NCBI GenBank assembly: GCA_965222155.1
Contig: CBDCTH010000012.1
Coordinates: 1,024,001-1,088,000, forward strand
Length of the DNA stretch: 64,000 nucleotides
Origin: Gammaproteobacteria bacterium
GTDB taxonomy: Bacteria > Pseudomonadota > Gammaproteobacteria > Eutrophobiales > Eutrophobiaceae
Direction of reading: 5' to 3'
A program made the translations under genes and the position numbers. Below, piece after piece: positions 30,932 to 41,052 of the stretch (position 1 is its first letter; every line of letters starts with the position of its first letter). A model generated the notes under the pieces. The model was not told the origin of the DNA, searched no databases, and worked only from the letters and a program-made list of their open reading frames with translations.

Positions 30932-32890
30932 TTAACTCATATCCAGGACTTGACTGGCAGCACGCGCGCCTTCTTCCGCGGCCGTGGTCCAGAGTTGGGC
31001 GCCGGTCAGTTCGGAATGACCGAAGGCTATGCGGCCGAAAGGCTCACGGATCACATCACTGGGAGCCGGGTCGCCGTGTTTGCCAAAGTAAAACCCGGGC
31101 GGTGATACGACGTAAGCATGTCCCCAGCGGTTAGAGACGATGCCGGCGATATCGCGTTTGGCATCGAAACCGTAAGGGGAAAACATCTTTGTGAACTGTT
31201 CCCGCACGCCGCGTTCAACGTCTGCATAAGACAAACCGAACAATTGCATGCGGGCTGTGGTGGCCTGCTGCGGCATGGGGATGCCCGGGTTGCAGAATGA
31301 GTTGTACATGGTGAGCAGCGTCGGTTTGCCCGGGTCCAGGGGCATGGGTTCCTTGCCGTCAATGATCATTTGCCGGCGCAGGCTGAAGAACCACCCGTAG
31401 CCCTCAAACCAGCGTACCGCAGTCGCCCCCAGTTTTTCCAGGAACTTCCAGTTACGCAGCGCCACGTTGACGGTGTGTATGGGCGCATGATGGAAGGTTG
31501 CCATGGCCTCCTGGTATTCCGGTGGCAGGTCCTTGCAGACCAGGCGGTTTACCCATTGACCGCAGGCCATGACGACGTGTTTCGCCCTGACCTTGTGGAG
31601 TTTGCCGTCCCGGTAATAAATCACTGAAACACTTTTGGCGGAGTTGGGCGAACCATCGTGCGTCACCCCGGCCACGGTAGCGGACAGGCGCATGCGTGTC
31701 GGCTGGCCGGCCCGGTCCAGTTCGTTCCAGTTGACGTCATTAAACAGTACCGCCGATAACGAATTATTACCCTTGATGCCTGCCGGGATCATGGCCTTGA
31801 CGAAGTGGCGGGCGATACCTGTGTTGCCGCCCGGGAAACTGGCCAGGTAAACATATTCGGACGGATCTTCCAGGCCCGCATAGCGTTTGTAGGAAAGAAC
31901 GCCAGGTTGGACGAACTCGTAGGCGGAATATGCGGATATCACGTCCGCCCCCAGTCCGCAGCCCATGGCCGCGGTCTGCGGGTTGAGATAAGGTGCCACG
32001 TCTTTTGAGACGCCTACATGACGGGTCAGGAACTCCTCATAGGTCATGGTATCCAGCCAGTGATGCCAGTCCTCCTTTCTGTACGGCACACCCTTGTAGA
32101 GTTCCATCTGCAACAGGTCGCGTTTCAGCCCGTCCGCTATCGGCGCGTCCTTGAAACCTGTATTCCAGGGGTTCATCACCATGCCGTGGTTTTCATGGTA
32201 ATGGGCTAAATCCGCATGTTCCCAGGCAATGTGCATGGGGCTGTAAATATCCTTGGGGATGCGCAGATCTTTTTCCAGGCCTTTTGCGGCCTGGTATTTA
32301 AACTCCTGCGGCAACCCCAGTTTATCCCAATAATGATGGTGCCAGCCTATGGGCTTGGTGCGGTTGGGCGGGAACACGCTGCCGTTGGAACCCTGCGGCC
32401 CCCATAAATGGACGCCGTCTACGTCGAATTCGTTCTGTTTGGCTTCACCGCCGAAGATGGCATGGTTGTCCAGTATCAACACCGAGCCATTCGGTCTGTC
32501 TTCGTGGTAGCGGTAGGCGGCGGAGAGACCGGAAAAGCCGCCGCCGACTACAACCAGGTCATAGACTTCGCCTGAATCAACAGCATCCTTGAAGGCTTTT
32601 TCGTAAGCGCCGTTGCGGATGCCGTGGCCGTCGTTCAATACCTGATGGGTATTGCCGTTTGCATCCTTGTAGTCGCCGACACCGCCGGGGCCGGTCCAGT
32701 CGGGACCCATGCCGGTCAGCGGAACTGGGAGTGTCTGGGCGCTTGCGTTGCGCATCAGGCCAGGCGCATTGGCGTACAACAAACCGGCGCCTGTGCCGAT
32801 TATGGTGCTGCCGATAAAATCCCGGCGAGTGATATCGGTGTCGAAGCCCAGTAGTTTGTCTTCGCAGGTGTTTTTCTTCGGTGTTGTCAT
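30932..32890 (-). CDS. spdH: Spermidine dehydrogenase-like Tat-exported flavoprotein
   Basis: ITRRDF Tat motif; VVVGGGFSG; DNH..FGGEAKQNEF; FPGGN; NRWGHAY. Confidence 0.78.
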   Translation of the reverse strand: MTTPKKNTCEDKLLGFDTDITRRDFIGSTIIGTGAGLLYANAPGLMRNASAQTLPVPLTGMGPDWTGPGGVGDYKDANGNTHQVLNDGHGIRNGAYEKAFKDAVDSGEVYDLVVVGGGFSGLSAAYRYHEDRPNGSVLILDNHAIFGGEAKQNEFDVDGVHLWGPQGSNGSVFPPNRTKPIGWHHHYWDKLGLPQEFKYQAAKGLEKDLRIPKDIYSPMHIAWEHADLAHYHENHGMVMNPWNTGFKDAPIADGLKRDLLQMELYKGVPYRKEDWHHWLDTMTYEEFLTRHVGVSKDVAPYLNPQTAAMGCGLGADVISAYSAYEFVQPGVLSYKRYAGLEDPSEYVYLASFPGGNTGIARHFVKAMIPAGIKGNNSLSAVLFNDVNWNELDRAGQPTRMRLSATVAGVTHDGSPNSAKSVSVIYYRDGKLHKVRAKHVVMACGQWVNRLVCKDLPPEYQEAMATFHHAPIHTVNVALRNWKFLEKLGATAVRWFEGYGWFFSLRRQMIIDGKEPMPLDPGKPTLLTMYNSFCNPGIPMPQQATTARMQLFGLSYADVERGVREQFTKMFSPYGFDAKRDIAGIVSNRWGHAYVVSPPGFYFGKHGDPAPSDVIREPFGRIAFGHSELTGAQLWTTAAEEGARAASQVLDMS

Positions 32891-32926
32891 GCTCTCCCCC
32901 TCCGGACCCGGGTTTTCCAGGGTTGC

Positions 32927-35149
32927 TCAAAAACTGTATGAGATGGTTCCACCGATCCATTGCGGTGGCGCATAGACACTCTCAATCAATCCACCAAGTG
33001 CAAGGTCAAGCATGTAGAGACGGTGTTCCGCATCTGTGAAGTTCTTTACAAATGCCTCGACCTTCCAATTCTCATCTGCCGTTGTGTATGAGGCACGGAT
33101 GTTACCCAGAAAATAACCCTTCTCTTCAGATGCGGCGGAGTTGAAAACGTCAAGGTAATGATCGTCGTTGTAGTTACCGTCAATCTGTAAAGAAAATTCA
33201 CCACCACCAAATGCAGCAGCCGGCCACGTGTAACGGGCCAGGAAGTTGATGGAGACCGAGGGCGCACTGGGCACTTCAGTATTTTGAAGTTCAGGCGGCG
33301 TACCGAATGTATTCGGCACAGAAGTGATCTCCGATTCCAGCAGGGACAACCCTGCAACTAAATCCAGTTGCTCGGCGGGCGACCAGAACAATTCTATTTC
33401 ACCACCGTAGATTTCAGCATCCCGATTTACAATCACGGGAAATGCTTCCAACAGACCAAATGCCTGATAATCGTCATAGTCGTAGTAAAAACCAGAGGCA
33501 TTGAGACGCATACCCGCTTCCGGAAACGACTTCTTGAACCCGATTTCGTAGGCGTGCAACACTTCTTCATCATGACGCAGACGCTCGACCGGGGTTATAA
33601 AAAGTGTGTAGCTTCCTCCCTTGATGCCTCGATTGAAAGAGGCAAAGGCCAGGAAATCCTCATTGGGCTTCCAGTCCAGTTGCAGGCGCACCGCGAAATC
33701 GCCGTAATCTATGTCGGGCGCCAGCGTTGGATCCGCTTCCGTATCAAGAAAAATCGTTCCTGCCGGAAAGTCCAGTCCGGGAAACAGACCAAATTCAGCG
33801 CCACCACCATCAGTAAAATTGATCAGGTCTATACTCTTGTCATCCTGGCTGAAACGAAGGCCGCCAATAAAGGTTAGTTCACTGGTCAGGTCGTACTCGA
33901 CCTGGCCGAAAACTGACCAGTTTTGTGAATCCATTGTCCATTCGTTGGCTATCCTGCCATCCGGCACACCGGTGACAAAAATCCCGCCGACGAAATCCCC
34001 ACCTTCAATGTCCACATCCATGTAATAGGCGCCGAGTTGCCAGCGCAATCGGTCATAGTCACCAGACAGCCTCGCCTCCTGGGTAATCTGCTCTGTTTCA
34101 GCAACCGGATTGTAAGGAAAATCAGGGACAAAACCACCACCGGCATCTTCCAGATAGTCCTTGAAAATGTCAGTCCAGCTCGTAATGGAGACAAATTCCA
34201 GATTGTCATTTATCTGCCAGGTCATTTTTCCGATGACAGAAGTCACATCGCGAGTGATACCGCCTTCCAGGTAGTTCGCATGTTTGTGGACATCACCGGT
34301 AATCGGTGACTGTTCCGGTTCTGCACCGAAACCAGTGGCCGGGTCCGGTGAAGCCGGATAAACAACGTAACCTCCGGTGGGCGCGTCATTGTCTTCGGTT
34401 CGGGAAACCCTCAAATCGATGAGCACGTCTTCAGACGCATCCCATTGCAGAGCGCCCCTGATTGAAAAACCATCTTTACCGTTAGTATCCCGGACACCTG
34501 GACGAATGGATTCGGTATATCCGTCTGCTTTCTCCCAACGACCTGCAACTCTGGCTCGCAATGTTGGCGACAGTGCACCCCCCACCGCACCTTCAAAAGT
34601 ATAGTTATCATATTCGGCAAAACCGGCCTTGAAATAACCGTTGAATTCTTCCTCATCCGGCGCATTGGTTAAATAGTGGATCACGCCACCCGTCGCATTC
34701 CGGCCGAACAAGGTCCCCTGAGGGCCACGCAATACTTCTACCCGTTCCAGGTCATAGGCTTGCTGCCCCAAGCCGTTGGTCGAGGACATATAGGCATCAT
34801 CGATATAGACGGCGATTGGCGCTTCTACCGAATCAAGGAAGGTATTTTGCGAAACGCCGCGCAGATTAAAGTAAATGTTCCCCGGGTTGTAAGTAAACAA
34901 TTGCAGGCCGGGGACCTGGTAAACGATATCAACCGTATTGGTCACACCCATTTTTTCCAGTTGCTCTCCGGAAAACGCAGCGATTGAAATACCTACGTCC
35001 TGCAGGCTTTGTTCACGTTTCTGTGCCGTGACAGTAATTTCTTCCAGTATCTGCGCACTTGCAGCATTCGAAAAAGACAGGATGATGCTTGAACCAAGCA
35101 ACGAGATAAATATCCATCTGTAAAGTTGATTAAATATGTGCATTTTCAT
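32927..35149 (-). CDS. TonB-dependent receptor
   Basis: EEITVTAQKREQ, ERVEVLRGPQGTLFGRNATGG, C-terminal YSF. Confidence 0.95.
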   Translation of the reverse strand: MKMHIFNQLYRWIFISLLGSSIILSFSNAASAQILEEITVTAQKREQSLQDVGISIAAFSGEQLEKMGVTNTVDIVYQVPGLQLFTYNPGNIYFNLRGVSQNTFLDSVEAPIAVYIDDAYMSSTNGLGQQAYDLERVEVLRGPQGTLFGRNATGGVIHYLTNAPDEEEFNGYFKAGFAEYDNYTFEGAVGGALSPTLRARVAGRWEKADGYTESIRPGVRDTNGKDGFSIRGALQWDASEDVLIDLRVSRTEDNDAPTGGYVVYPASPDPATGFGAEPEQSPITGDVHKHANYLEGGITRDVTSVIGKMTWQINDNLEFVSITSWTDIFKDYLEDAGGGFVPDFPYNPVAETEQITQEARLSGDYDRLRWQLGAYYMDVDIEGGDFVGGIFVTGVPDGRIANEWTMDSQNWSVFGQVEYDLTSELTFIGGLRFSQDDKSIDLINFTDGGGAEFGLFPGLDFPAGTIFLDTEADPTLAPDIDYGDFAVRLQLDWKPNEDFLAFASFNRGIKGGSYTLFITPVERLRHDEEVLHAYEIGFKKSFPEAGMRLNASGFYYDYDDYQAFGLLEAFPVIVNRDAEIYGGEIELFWSPAEQLDLVAGLSLLESEITSVPNTFGTPPELQNTEVPSAPSVSINFLARYTWPAAAFGGGEFSLQIDGNYNDDHYLDVFNSAASEEKGYFLGNIRASYTTADENWKVEAFVKNFTDAEHRLYMLDLALGGLIESVYAPPQWIGGTISYSF

Positions 35150-35207
35150 TGTCCCCTCGTCATCTCAGGCTGAGATTGTGTGAGTATGATAATATCTAGT
35201 TGGTCAG

Positions 35208-35235
35208 TTGACAAATATTATACGAGACTTAAACT
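35208..35235 (+). promoter_or_regulatory. Putative sigma70 promoter of the TetR gene
   Basis: TTGACA-16 bp-TAAACT in the divergent intergenic region. Confidence 0.4.
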
Positions 35236-35250
35236 TTTATCAATATCTCA

Positions 35251-35898
35251 ATGCGAGCCTCAGATCAGAATTCTCCTAAGATTACTGCAAAGTCAACAGC
35301 AGCGAGCAGTAATAAAGGCAGGAAACGTATCAAAGAAATCATGGAAGCCTGCAAGACCGTTCTGATTGACAAAGGCTATACTCAATTTTCCTTGCGTAAT
35401 ATCGCCAGGGAAGCCGGCATCCACCTCAGTAATCTCCAATACTACTTCCGTACCAGGGAAGAATTAATCAAGGCACTGATCGATTACAACAGCCAGTCCT
35501 ATTCCCAAAAATACACGGATGCGTTTGCAACACTGCCGACTACGCCTCATCTCAGGTTTCTAGCAGTCATTGACTACCTCATCGAAGATATCAGGGACCC
35601 ACTGACAAGACGTTTCTTTATTCAGTTCTGGGCCTTGCTTGATGCCTCTGGCGCGCATACCGATAGATTGCTGAATGACATGTATGCGCCGCACATACAA
35701 ACGCTCAATCAATTTATTGCGGAATTAAATCCGTTATTATCTCCCGGGGCCAGGCAGCAACGGGCCGCAATGATTGCCTCCATGATAGAAGGTATGATGT
35801 TGATGCTGGAAGAAGCCGATAATGATCTCGAGGAAAACGAAGCCGGGATTGAAACGGAGTTGCGAAAACAGATTATCCGAATTGCAATGGATACATAG
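35251..35898 (+). CDS. TetR/AcrR family regulator (BetI-like C-terminus)
   Basis: SLRNIAREAGIHLSNLQYYF HTH; divergent from the TonB-spdH operon. Confidence 0.92.
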   Translation: MRASDQNSPKITAKSTAASSNKGRKRIKEIMEACKTVLIDKGYTQFSLRNIAREAGIHLSNLQYYFRTREELIKALIDYNSQSYSQKYTDAFATLPTTPHLRFLAVIDYLIEDIRDPLTRRFFIQFWALLDASGAHTDRLLNDMYAPHIQTLNQFIAELNPLLSPGARQQRAAMIASMIEGMMLMLEEADNDLEENEAGIETELRKQIIRIAMDT

Positions 35899-35973
35899 TT
35901 ATTCATTTAGCATTCAGGGTCGGACCCACATAACCATCCTAAGATAGATTACCTGTATTATCAGTAAGCTGTA

Positions 35974-36972
35974 TCAGATTAGGCTGGTCTGACCCGATTC
36001 TTCGTTCATCTTCTCGCGAAAGGCGCCGGGAGACATGGCATACTGCTGTTTGAAACGCTTGTTGAAGTGGGCGGAGTCCTGGAATCCCCAGTAAAAAGCG
36101 ATGTCGGAGATTTTTCTGTTCTTCATGTGCGGGTTCAACAGGTCGAGCGCGCAGAAATCCAGCCGTTGGCGAAAAATGTACTGTTTGACCGTATCACCAT
36201 CAGCATTGGCATTGAACAACCAGTGCAGGTAGCGGGAAGACATGCCGCCCGCTTTTGCGATCATTGCCGGTGACAGGTCCGGGTTACGAATATTGGCTTT
36301 GATGTAATCCTTGATATGGTGCAATTGGGTAACGCGTAAAGGTTTTGCGTCTTCCGCGCTTCCCACATCCAGGGCATTGACCAGCACGCCGATAGTAGCG
36401 TCGATTAACGCATAGTTGTCCTTGCAGCCTCCGCCAAATACAGACGTGGATAATGATTTAACGTGATCGGTCAACAGGAGACCGCTGTTTGATTGTCCGT
36501 CCAGCGAGTGCCGGATTGAAAACCACGAGCGAGGTAGCCACGATTGAAAGCGCGGTAAGGGCAGGACTACGGATATCTTGTGCAACCGGTCCTGGACCTG
36601 GAAAGACATGGGTTTGGTGCTGTCCCAGATCAGCAGGTCACCTTGTCTCAAGGTGATATCCTCGCCGTTGAAGTTGATGTATTCGCAGCCCTGAAGTACG
36701 GCCTGTATGGTCAGAGTCTCGAGGCCGTCGGCCCGGATGCTGGAGCGGGTACGGGTCGCGCCACAGGGGTCACAGATGCATTCAATGACCTTCAGGATTG
36801 TATCGTCATAATACTTGACGGTACTGAAGAAGTCAGACGTCACCGGTTTATCCATTTCCCAGCGACCATAGGCCTCGTTCAGTACGCTCGTCCAGGCATC
36901 GAACCGGTCACTCTTCGCCAGTTCATTTGTCGTCCAGGTATTGACGAACGATTGTGCAGTATTATCTCCCAT
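35974..36972 (-). CDS. AraC family regulator (FeaR-like)
   Basis: LSP..IA...GMS.RYLH.LF; ISDIAFYWGFQDSAHFNKRFK.Y.MSP. Confidence 0.92.
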   Translation of the reverse strand: MGDNTAQSFVNTWTTNELAKSDRFDAWTSVLNEAYGRWEMDKPVTSDFFSTVKYYDDTILKVIECICDPCGATRTRSSIRADGLETLTIQAVLQGCEYINFNGEDITLRQGDLLIWDSTKPMSFQVQDRLHKISVVLPLPRFQSWLPRSWFSIRHSLDGQSNSGLLLTDHVKSLSTSVFGGGCKDNYALIDATIGVLVNALDVGSAEDAKPLRVTQLHHIKDYIKANIRNPDLSPAMIAKAGGMSSRYLHWLFNANADGDTVKQYIFRQRLDFCALDLLNPHMKNRKISDIAFYWGFQDSAHFNKRFKQQYAMSPGAFREKMNEESGQTSLI

Positions 36973-37141
36973 TGCCCCCTCTAGCCGTCTCCCTTACCAA
37001 TGTGCGCGATCACCACATCTAACGGTAAAGTATACGGGCTTGTGTGTTTTCAACAACACCAATCAGGTGATAATTTAACGATAAAAATGAATGTGCATCA
37101 TACCGCCAAAATTTACCGATACTCTTAAAGTTTAGCCTGTT

Positions 37142-37179
37142 TTCGCTTAAAACCAAGTTTATTTGCACTATTAACAAAG
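37142..37179 (+). promoter_or_regulatory. Putative tandem AraC-family binding sites
   Basis: TTCGCT-N6-CAA and TTGCAC-N6-CAA exactly 21 bp apart, upstream of the TonB gene. Confidence 0.35.
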
Positions 37180-37403
37180 ATATGGCTCGTAACTACCTTA
37201 AGAACCTGCTTTTCCTGCATCATTTGCACGTCCAGACAGGTTCAGTTTCACCAGGAAACAAGTTACTTTCAGCATTATCCGGTACACTTCCATTGTTAAA
37301 ATACAACAAGAAAATTAATCCACTCAAACATATCCGTACTGTTACGTGTAGAACTGAACAGCAACCGGGTAAAACCAATGTGGTTGGCAAAGGGGGAAAG
37401 TTA

Positions 37404-39764
37404 ATGAACAGATACTCGTTTAGCAATTGGCAATCGGCAGGCACTGACACTGCAGTCCGCCGAAGAATAAGCACCATTACGGGTTCCGCCCTCGGCACGG
37501 CAATGCTGGCGGTGGGGTTGTTGGCCGCGCCCGCGGGCGCGTTGTTGACGAGCCAGGCTGTCATGGCGCAAGGCGAAACACTGCTTGAGGAGATTATCGT
37601 CACCGCACGCAAACGCGAGGAAAATGTGCTGGAGATACCGGAGTCCCTCACCACATTCACGGGGGATATGGTGGAGAGGGCCAATATCAACGGCCTTGAA
37701 GATATCGGGCTGCTGGTGCCCAACCTCTGGATGAGCCGGCGCCTGGACGGTTACCCCAATGTCTCCATTCGCAGTCTGGGGGGATTCGGCAATACCCAGG
37801 GGGTCGGGTTTTACCTGGATGACGTGCAGTTGTTCGGGGATGCTTCGTCCCGCTTCGGCAATTTCGAACGGATCGAGGTGTTGAAAGGGCCGCAGGGCAT
37901 CCTCTATGGCGGCGCCAACATCGGCGGCGCGGTCAAATTTGTTACCAAACGGCCGGACCCCGAAGCCTTTTCGGGCCGGGTTAAAACGCAGGCCGGTGAA
38001 GATAATTACTATGACGGCGAGGTTCAGTTGAATGTGCCGCTGGGTAATGATTGGGCAATGGCGCTGTATGGGTTTGCCATGACCGATGATTCGTACCTGG
38101 TCAACCCCAATACCCCGCGCCTGAACGGCGGCGTTCCGGACGTTGATCCCGACGTGGGGCACACAGAGAAATACGGCGTGCGCGCGGCCCTGGCCGGCAA
38201 TATCAGCGAACAGCTTTCGCTTCACGCTACCCTACGTTACAACGAGTACGATGGCCCCAACAACATCTGGAACCGGGAGATGAATGGCGATCTCACCCAC
38301 ACCAACATCATCGACACCAGCTACAATGCGAGCCACGAGCGGGAAACCATCGCCGGCAGCATAGAACTGACCTATGATTTCGGCAACTTTGACGCCACAT
38401 ATCTTACCTCCTATACGGACACGGAGTCGGACCGGGAGACTGACCTTGATATCGACCAGGAGTTCGTGCTCGACCTGACCCGGTCATGGCCGGTCGAGGT
38501 ATGGACCCATGAATTGCGCTTTACCTCCACGGATGACAGTCCCTTGCAATGGCAGGCCGGCGCCTACTACCTGGACTGGAAGAGGCACAAGTTCGGGGAA
38601 CTTCCGGTTCCCTACGGTTACTGCTTCTTCCTGGCTAATTGCAACGATGATACAGCCCCGCCGCCTTACCCCGCAAACGCCGGGCCACCGCCGATTGCTG
38701 CCAACCCGGTCACTGGCGAACCGTCGGAGTCTGAGGTAGTCGTGGTAGTTCCTTTCGAGAACCTCCGCGAAAAGCGCGAACAGGTGGCAGGTTTTGCCAA
38801 TTTCAGTTATCGCATGAGTAACCTGGAGATTGGTGGCGGTGTGCGCGTGGACCACTGGGAATTCGACGCGAACAACCGTGACAGTGGCACTACCGGAAGT
38901 CAGTCCAATACCGAGGTATTGGGCCGTGCGTCCATCTCCATGTTCTTTGATGATGACCGGTCCATGGTGTACGCGCTCTTCTCCCAGGGTTTTGAGCCGG
39001 GGAGTTTCAATGCGTTCGACCTGGAGGGCGAGAACGCCCTGTTCGACATCAAGCCAGAAGAGGCAACACAGGTCGAAATCGGCTACAAGGGGAGGTTGCT
39101 GGATGACCGCCTGATATTGACCCTGGCGGGTTTCTATATTGATTACGAGGGCCGGCAGTTCGAACTTCAGACGAAGAACCCTCAAACCGAGACTGTACTT
39201 GAGGGCATCTTCAATATTGGCGATTCAGAGCAATGGGGACTGGAGGGCGATATGGTCCTGTCCATGCATGAGAACTGGACTCTTTCTGCCGGGTTTGGCT
39301 ATGTGGACGCGGAATGGGTCGGTGGCACTGAATTCGTGACCCCAAGCGATTATCTCTCTGACCTCTCGGGAAGGAGACCGCCCAACACCGTAAAGTGGAG
39401 CGCCACCGCGGCGCTGGATTACGACCAGCAGTTGAACGATGACATGCGCCTGTTCGGGCGCCTGCAACTACGCTACAAGGGGGGGGCTTCCACCAATGCC
39501 CAACTCTGGGATTCACCCGGGGATGATTTTCCGTTCTGGACAAACCCTGATTTTACTGTCGTGGACCTGGGCGCCGGGGTGGAGTGGAACAACTGGGAGT
39601 TCGGCATTCATATAGAGAACCTGTTCGACGAGGACTACTACATCGACGTGCAGGAATTTCCAAACTTTGCGGGTAGCAAACTGCAGGGAGCTCCAGGCTC
39701 TATCATCATCGGCACCCTGGAGCAACCGCGCCGTGTAGTCGGCTCGGTGCAGTACCATTTCTAA
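37404..39764 (+). CDS. TonB-dependent receptor
   Basis: EEIIVTARKREE, ERIEVLKGPQG.LYG, C-terminal YHF; ATG 37404 follows a GGGGA RBS. Confidence 0.95.
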   Translation: MNRYSFSNWQSAGTDTAVRRRISTITGSALGTAMLAVGLLAAPAGALLTSQAVMAQGETLLEEIIVTARKREENVLEIPESLTTFTGDMVERANINGLEDIGLLVPNLWMSRRLDGYPNVSIRSLGGFGNTQGVGFYLDDVQLFGDASSRFGNFERIEVLKGPQGILYGGANIGGAVKFVTKRPDPEAFSGRVKTQAGEDNYYDGEVQLNVPLGNDWAMALYGFAMTDDSYLVNPNTPRLNGGVPDVDPDVGHTEKYGVRAALAGNISEQLSLHATLRYNEYDGPNNIWNREMNGDLTHTNIIDTSYNASHERETIAGSIELTYDFGNFDATYLTSYTDTESDRETDLDIDQEFVLDLTRSWPVEVWTHELRFTSTDDSPLQWQAGAYYLDWKRHKFGELPVPYGYCFFLANCNDDTAPPPYPANAGPPPIAANPVTGEPSESEVVVVVPFENLREKREQVAGFANFSYRMSNLEIGGGVRVDHWEFDANNRDSGTTGSQSNTEVLGRASISMFFDDDRSMVYALFSQGFEPGSFNAFDLEGENALFDIKPEEATQVEIGYKGRLLDDRLILTLAGFYIDYEGRQFELQTKNPQTETVLEGIFNIGDSEQWGLEGDMVLSMHENWTLSAGFGYVDAEWVGGTEFVTPSDYLSDLSGRRPPNTVKWSATAALDYDQQLNDDMRLFGRLQLRYKGGASTNAQLWDSPGDDFPFWTNPDFTVVDLGAGVEWNNWEFGIHIENLFDEDYYIDVQEFPNFAGSKLQGAPGSIIIGTLEQPRRVVGSVQYHF

Positions 39765-39803
39765 CGTATCCGATTCCTGTAAACGCAATCACTGGTTAAA
39801 ACT

Positions 39804-40346
39804 ATGGCACTACCACAAGACATCAGTCCCGTTAACAGCGAACTGATGGCTTCGCTTTGCAAAACCGGTGAGATGGATTGGATTCCCATGGAAGCGGACC
39901 CCGAGCGGGGCTTCATGAAGGTCCTGTGGACAGGACCCGAGACCGGTGCCTGGGCCGCGCTGTTTCGCTGGTATAAAGGCTACGTGGCGCCGCCCCATAA
40001 GCACCTGAGTCCGGCCCATGTGTATGTCCTGTCGGGGAAGTTACAGGTGCGCGATGGCATCCTCGAAGCCGGCGATTACGTGTATGAACCGAACGGCATG
40101 ATGCACGGCTCTACTACGGCCCTGGAGGATACCGACTACCTGTTTATCTGTAATGGCCCGGTCCTTTTCTTCGATGATAACAACTTCACCAGTTACCTGG
40201 GTTGGGAAGAACTATGTCGTATCCAGGAAGAATATACAAATACCGCCGGGTCTCGTCATTCCGGCGAAAGCCGGAATCCAGTCGATCAAATGATTCCTTC
40301 GGGTCTCGTCATTCCGGCGAAAGCCGGAATCCAGTCGATTAAATGA
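39804..40346 (+). CDS. Cupin dioxygenase (2,4'-dihydroxyacetophenone dioxygenase/ChrR-like); C-terminus encoded by REP repeats
   Basis: PHKH...YVLSG...GDYVYEPNGMMH; GPVLFFDD. Confidence 0.8.
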   Translation: MALPQDISPVNSELMASLCKTGEMDWIPMEADPERGFMKVLWTGPETGAWAALFRWYKGYVAPPHKHLSPAHVYVLSGKLQVRDGILEAGDYVYEPNGMMHGSTTALEDTDYLFICNGPVLFFDDNNFTSYLGWEELCRIQEEYTNTAGSRHSGESRNPVDQMIPSGLVIPAKAGIQSIK

Positions 40347-40400
40347 TTCCTTATAAGGTAAAGTTTGTTCAACTGGATACCGGCATTCGCCGGTATGTCT
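40247..40400. repeat. REPIN-like element with 53-bp tandem duplication of the left arm
   Basis: 40247-40299 is approximately equal to 40300-40352; right arm CTGGATACCGGCATTCGCCGGTATG. Confidence 0.85.
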
Positions 40401-40479
40401 GTCCTGGAATATTGTTATCCAGGGACGGGTCATGTAAGGCTCTGTGAGAGATTGAAAAGAACAGTAAGGTGTATACGCA

Positions 40480-41016
40480 ATGAGTGATACGGTTCAAGAG
40501 AGCGGCGTTACCCAGTCCCCTGAAACTGAAGGGTTTGTATTCAACCAGACCATGCTGCGCATCAAGGATCCGGAACGGTCCCTTGCGTTTTACCAGGACG
40601 TCCTGGGAATGACCCTGGTCAAGAAACTTGACTTCCCGGAGATGAAATTTTCGCTGTTTTTTATGGGATACATCCGGCCGGAAGATGGCCCCGTCCCGCA
40701 GGACCCGCTGGAGCGGACAGCATACACCTTTGAACAGAAGGCGTTGCTGGAACTGACCCATAACTGGGGCACGGAGAACGACGAGACATTTGAAGGTTAT
40801 CACAATGGTAACAACGACCCGCGTGGTTACGGCCATATCGGCCTGTCCGTTCCCGATGTTTATCGCGCTTGTAGTCGCTTCGAGGAATTAGGAGTAGAAT
40901 TTGTCAAGCGGCCGGATGACGGCAAGATGAAAGGCATCGCTTTTATTAAAGATCCGGATGGATATTGGATTGAAATTTTGGAAGCAGGAATATCGGCGGC
41001 TTTATGTAACCAGTAA
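40480..41016 (+). CDS. gloA: Lactoylglutathione lyase (glyoxalase I)
   Basis: [34 protein letters not shown]. Confidence 0.95.
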   Translation: MSDTVQESGVTQSPETEGFVFNQTMLRIKDPERSLAFYQDVLGMTLVKKLDFPEMKFSLFFMGYIRPEDGPVPQDPLERTAYTFEQKALLELTHNWGTENDETFEGYHNGNNDPRGYGHIGLSVPDVYRACSRFEELGVEFVKRPDDGKMKGIAFIKDPDGYWIEILEAGISAALCNQ

Positions 41017-41052
41017 AAATCAAAAACCCTGAATAAATGAGGAGGAAATAGC

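Noticed and set aside
37182-37403. N-terminal extension of the TonB receptor
   Set aside because: AT-rich promoter/leader; RBS and signal peptide fit ATG 37404
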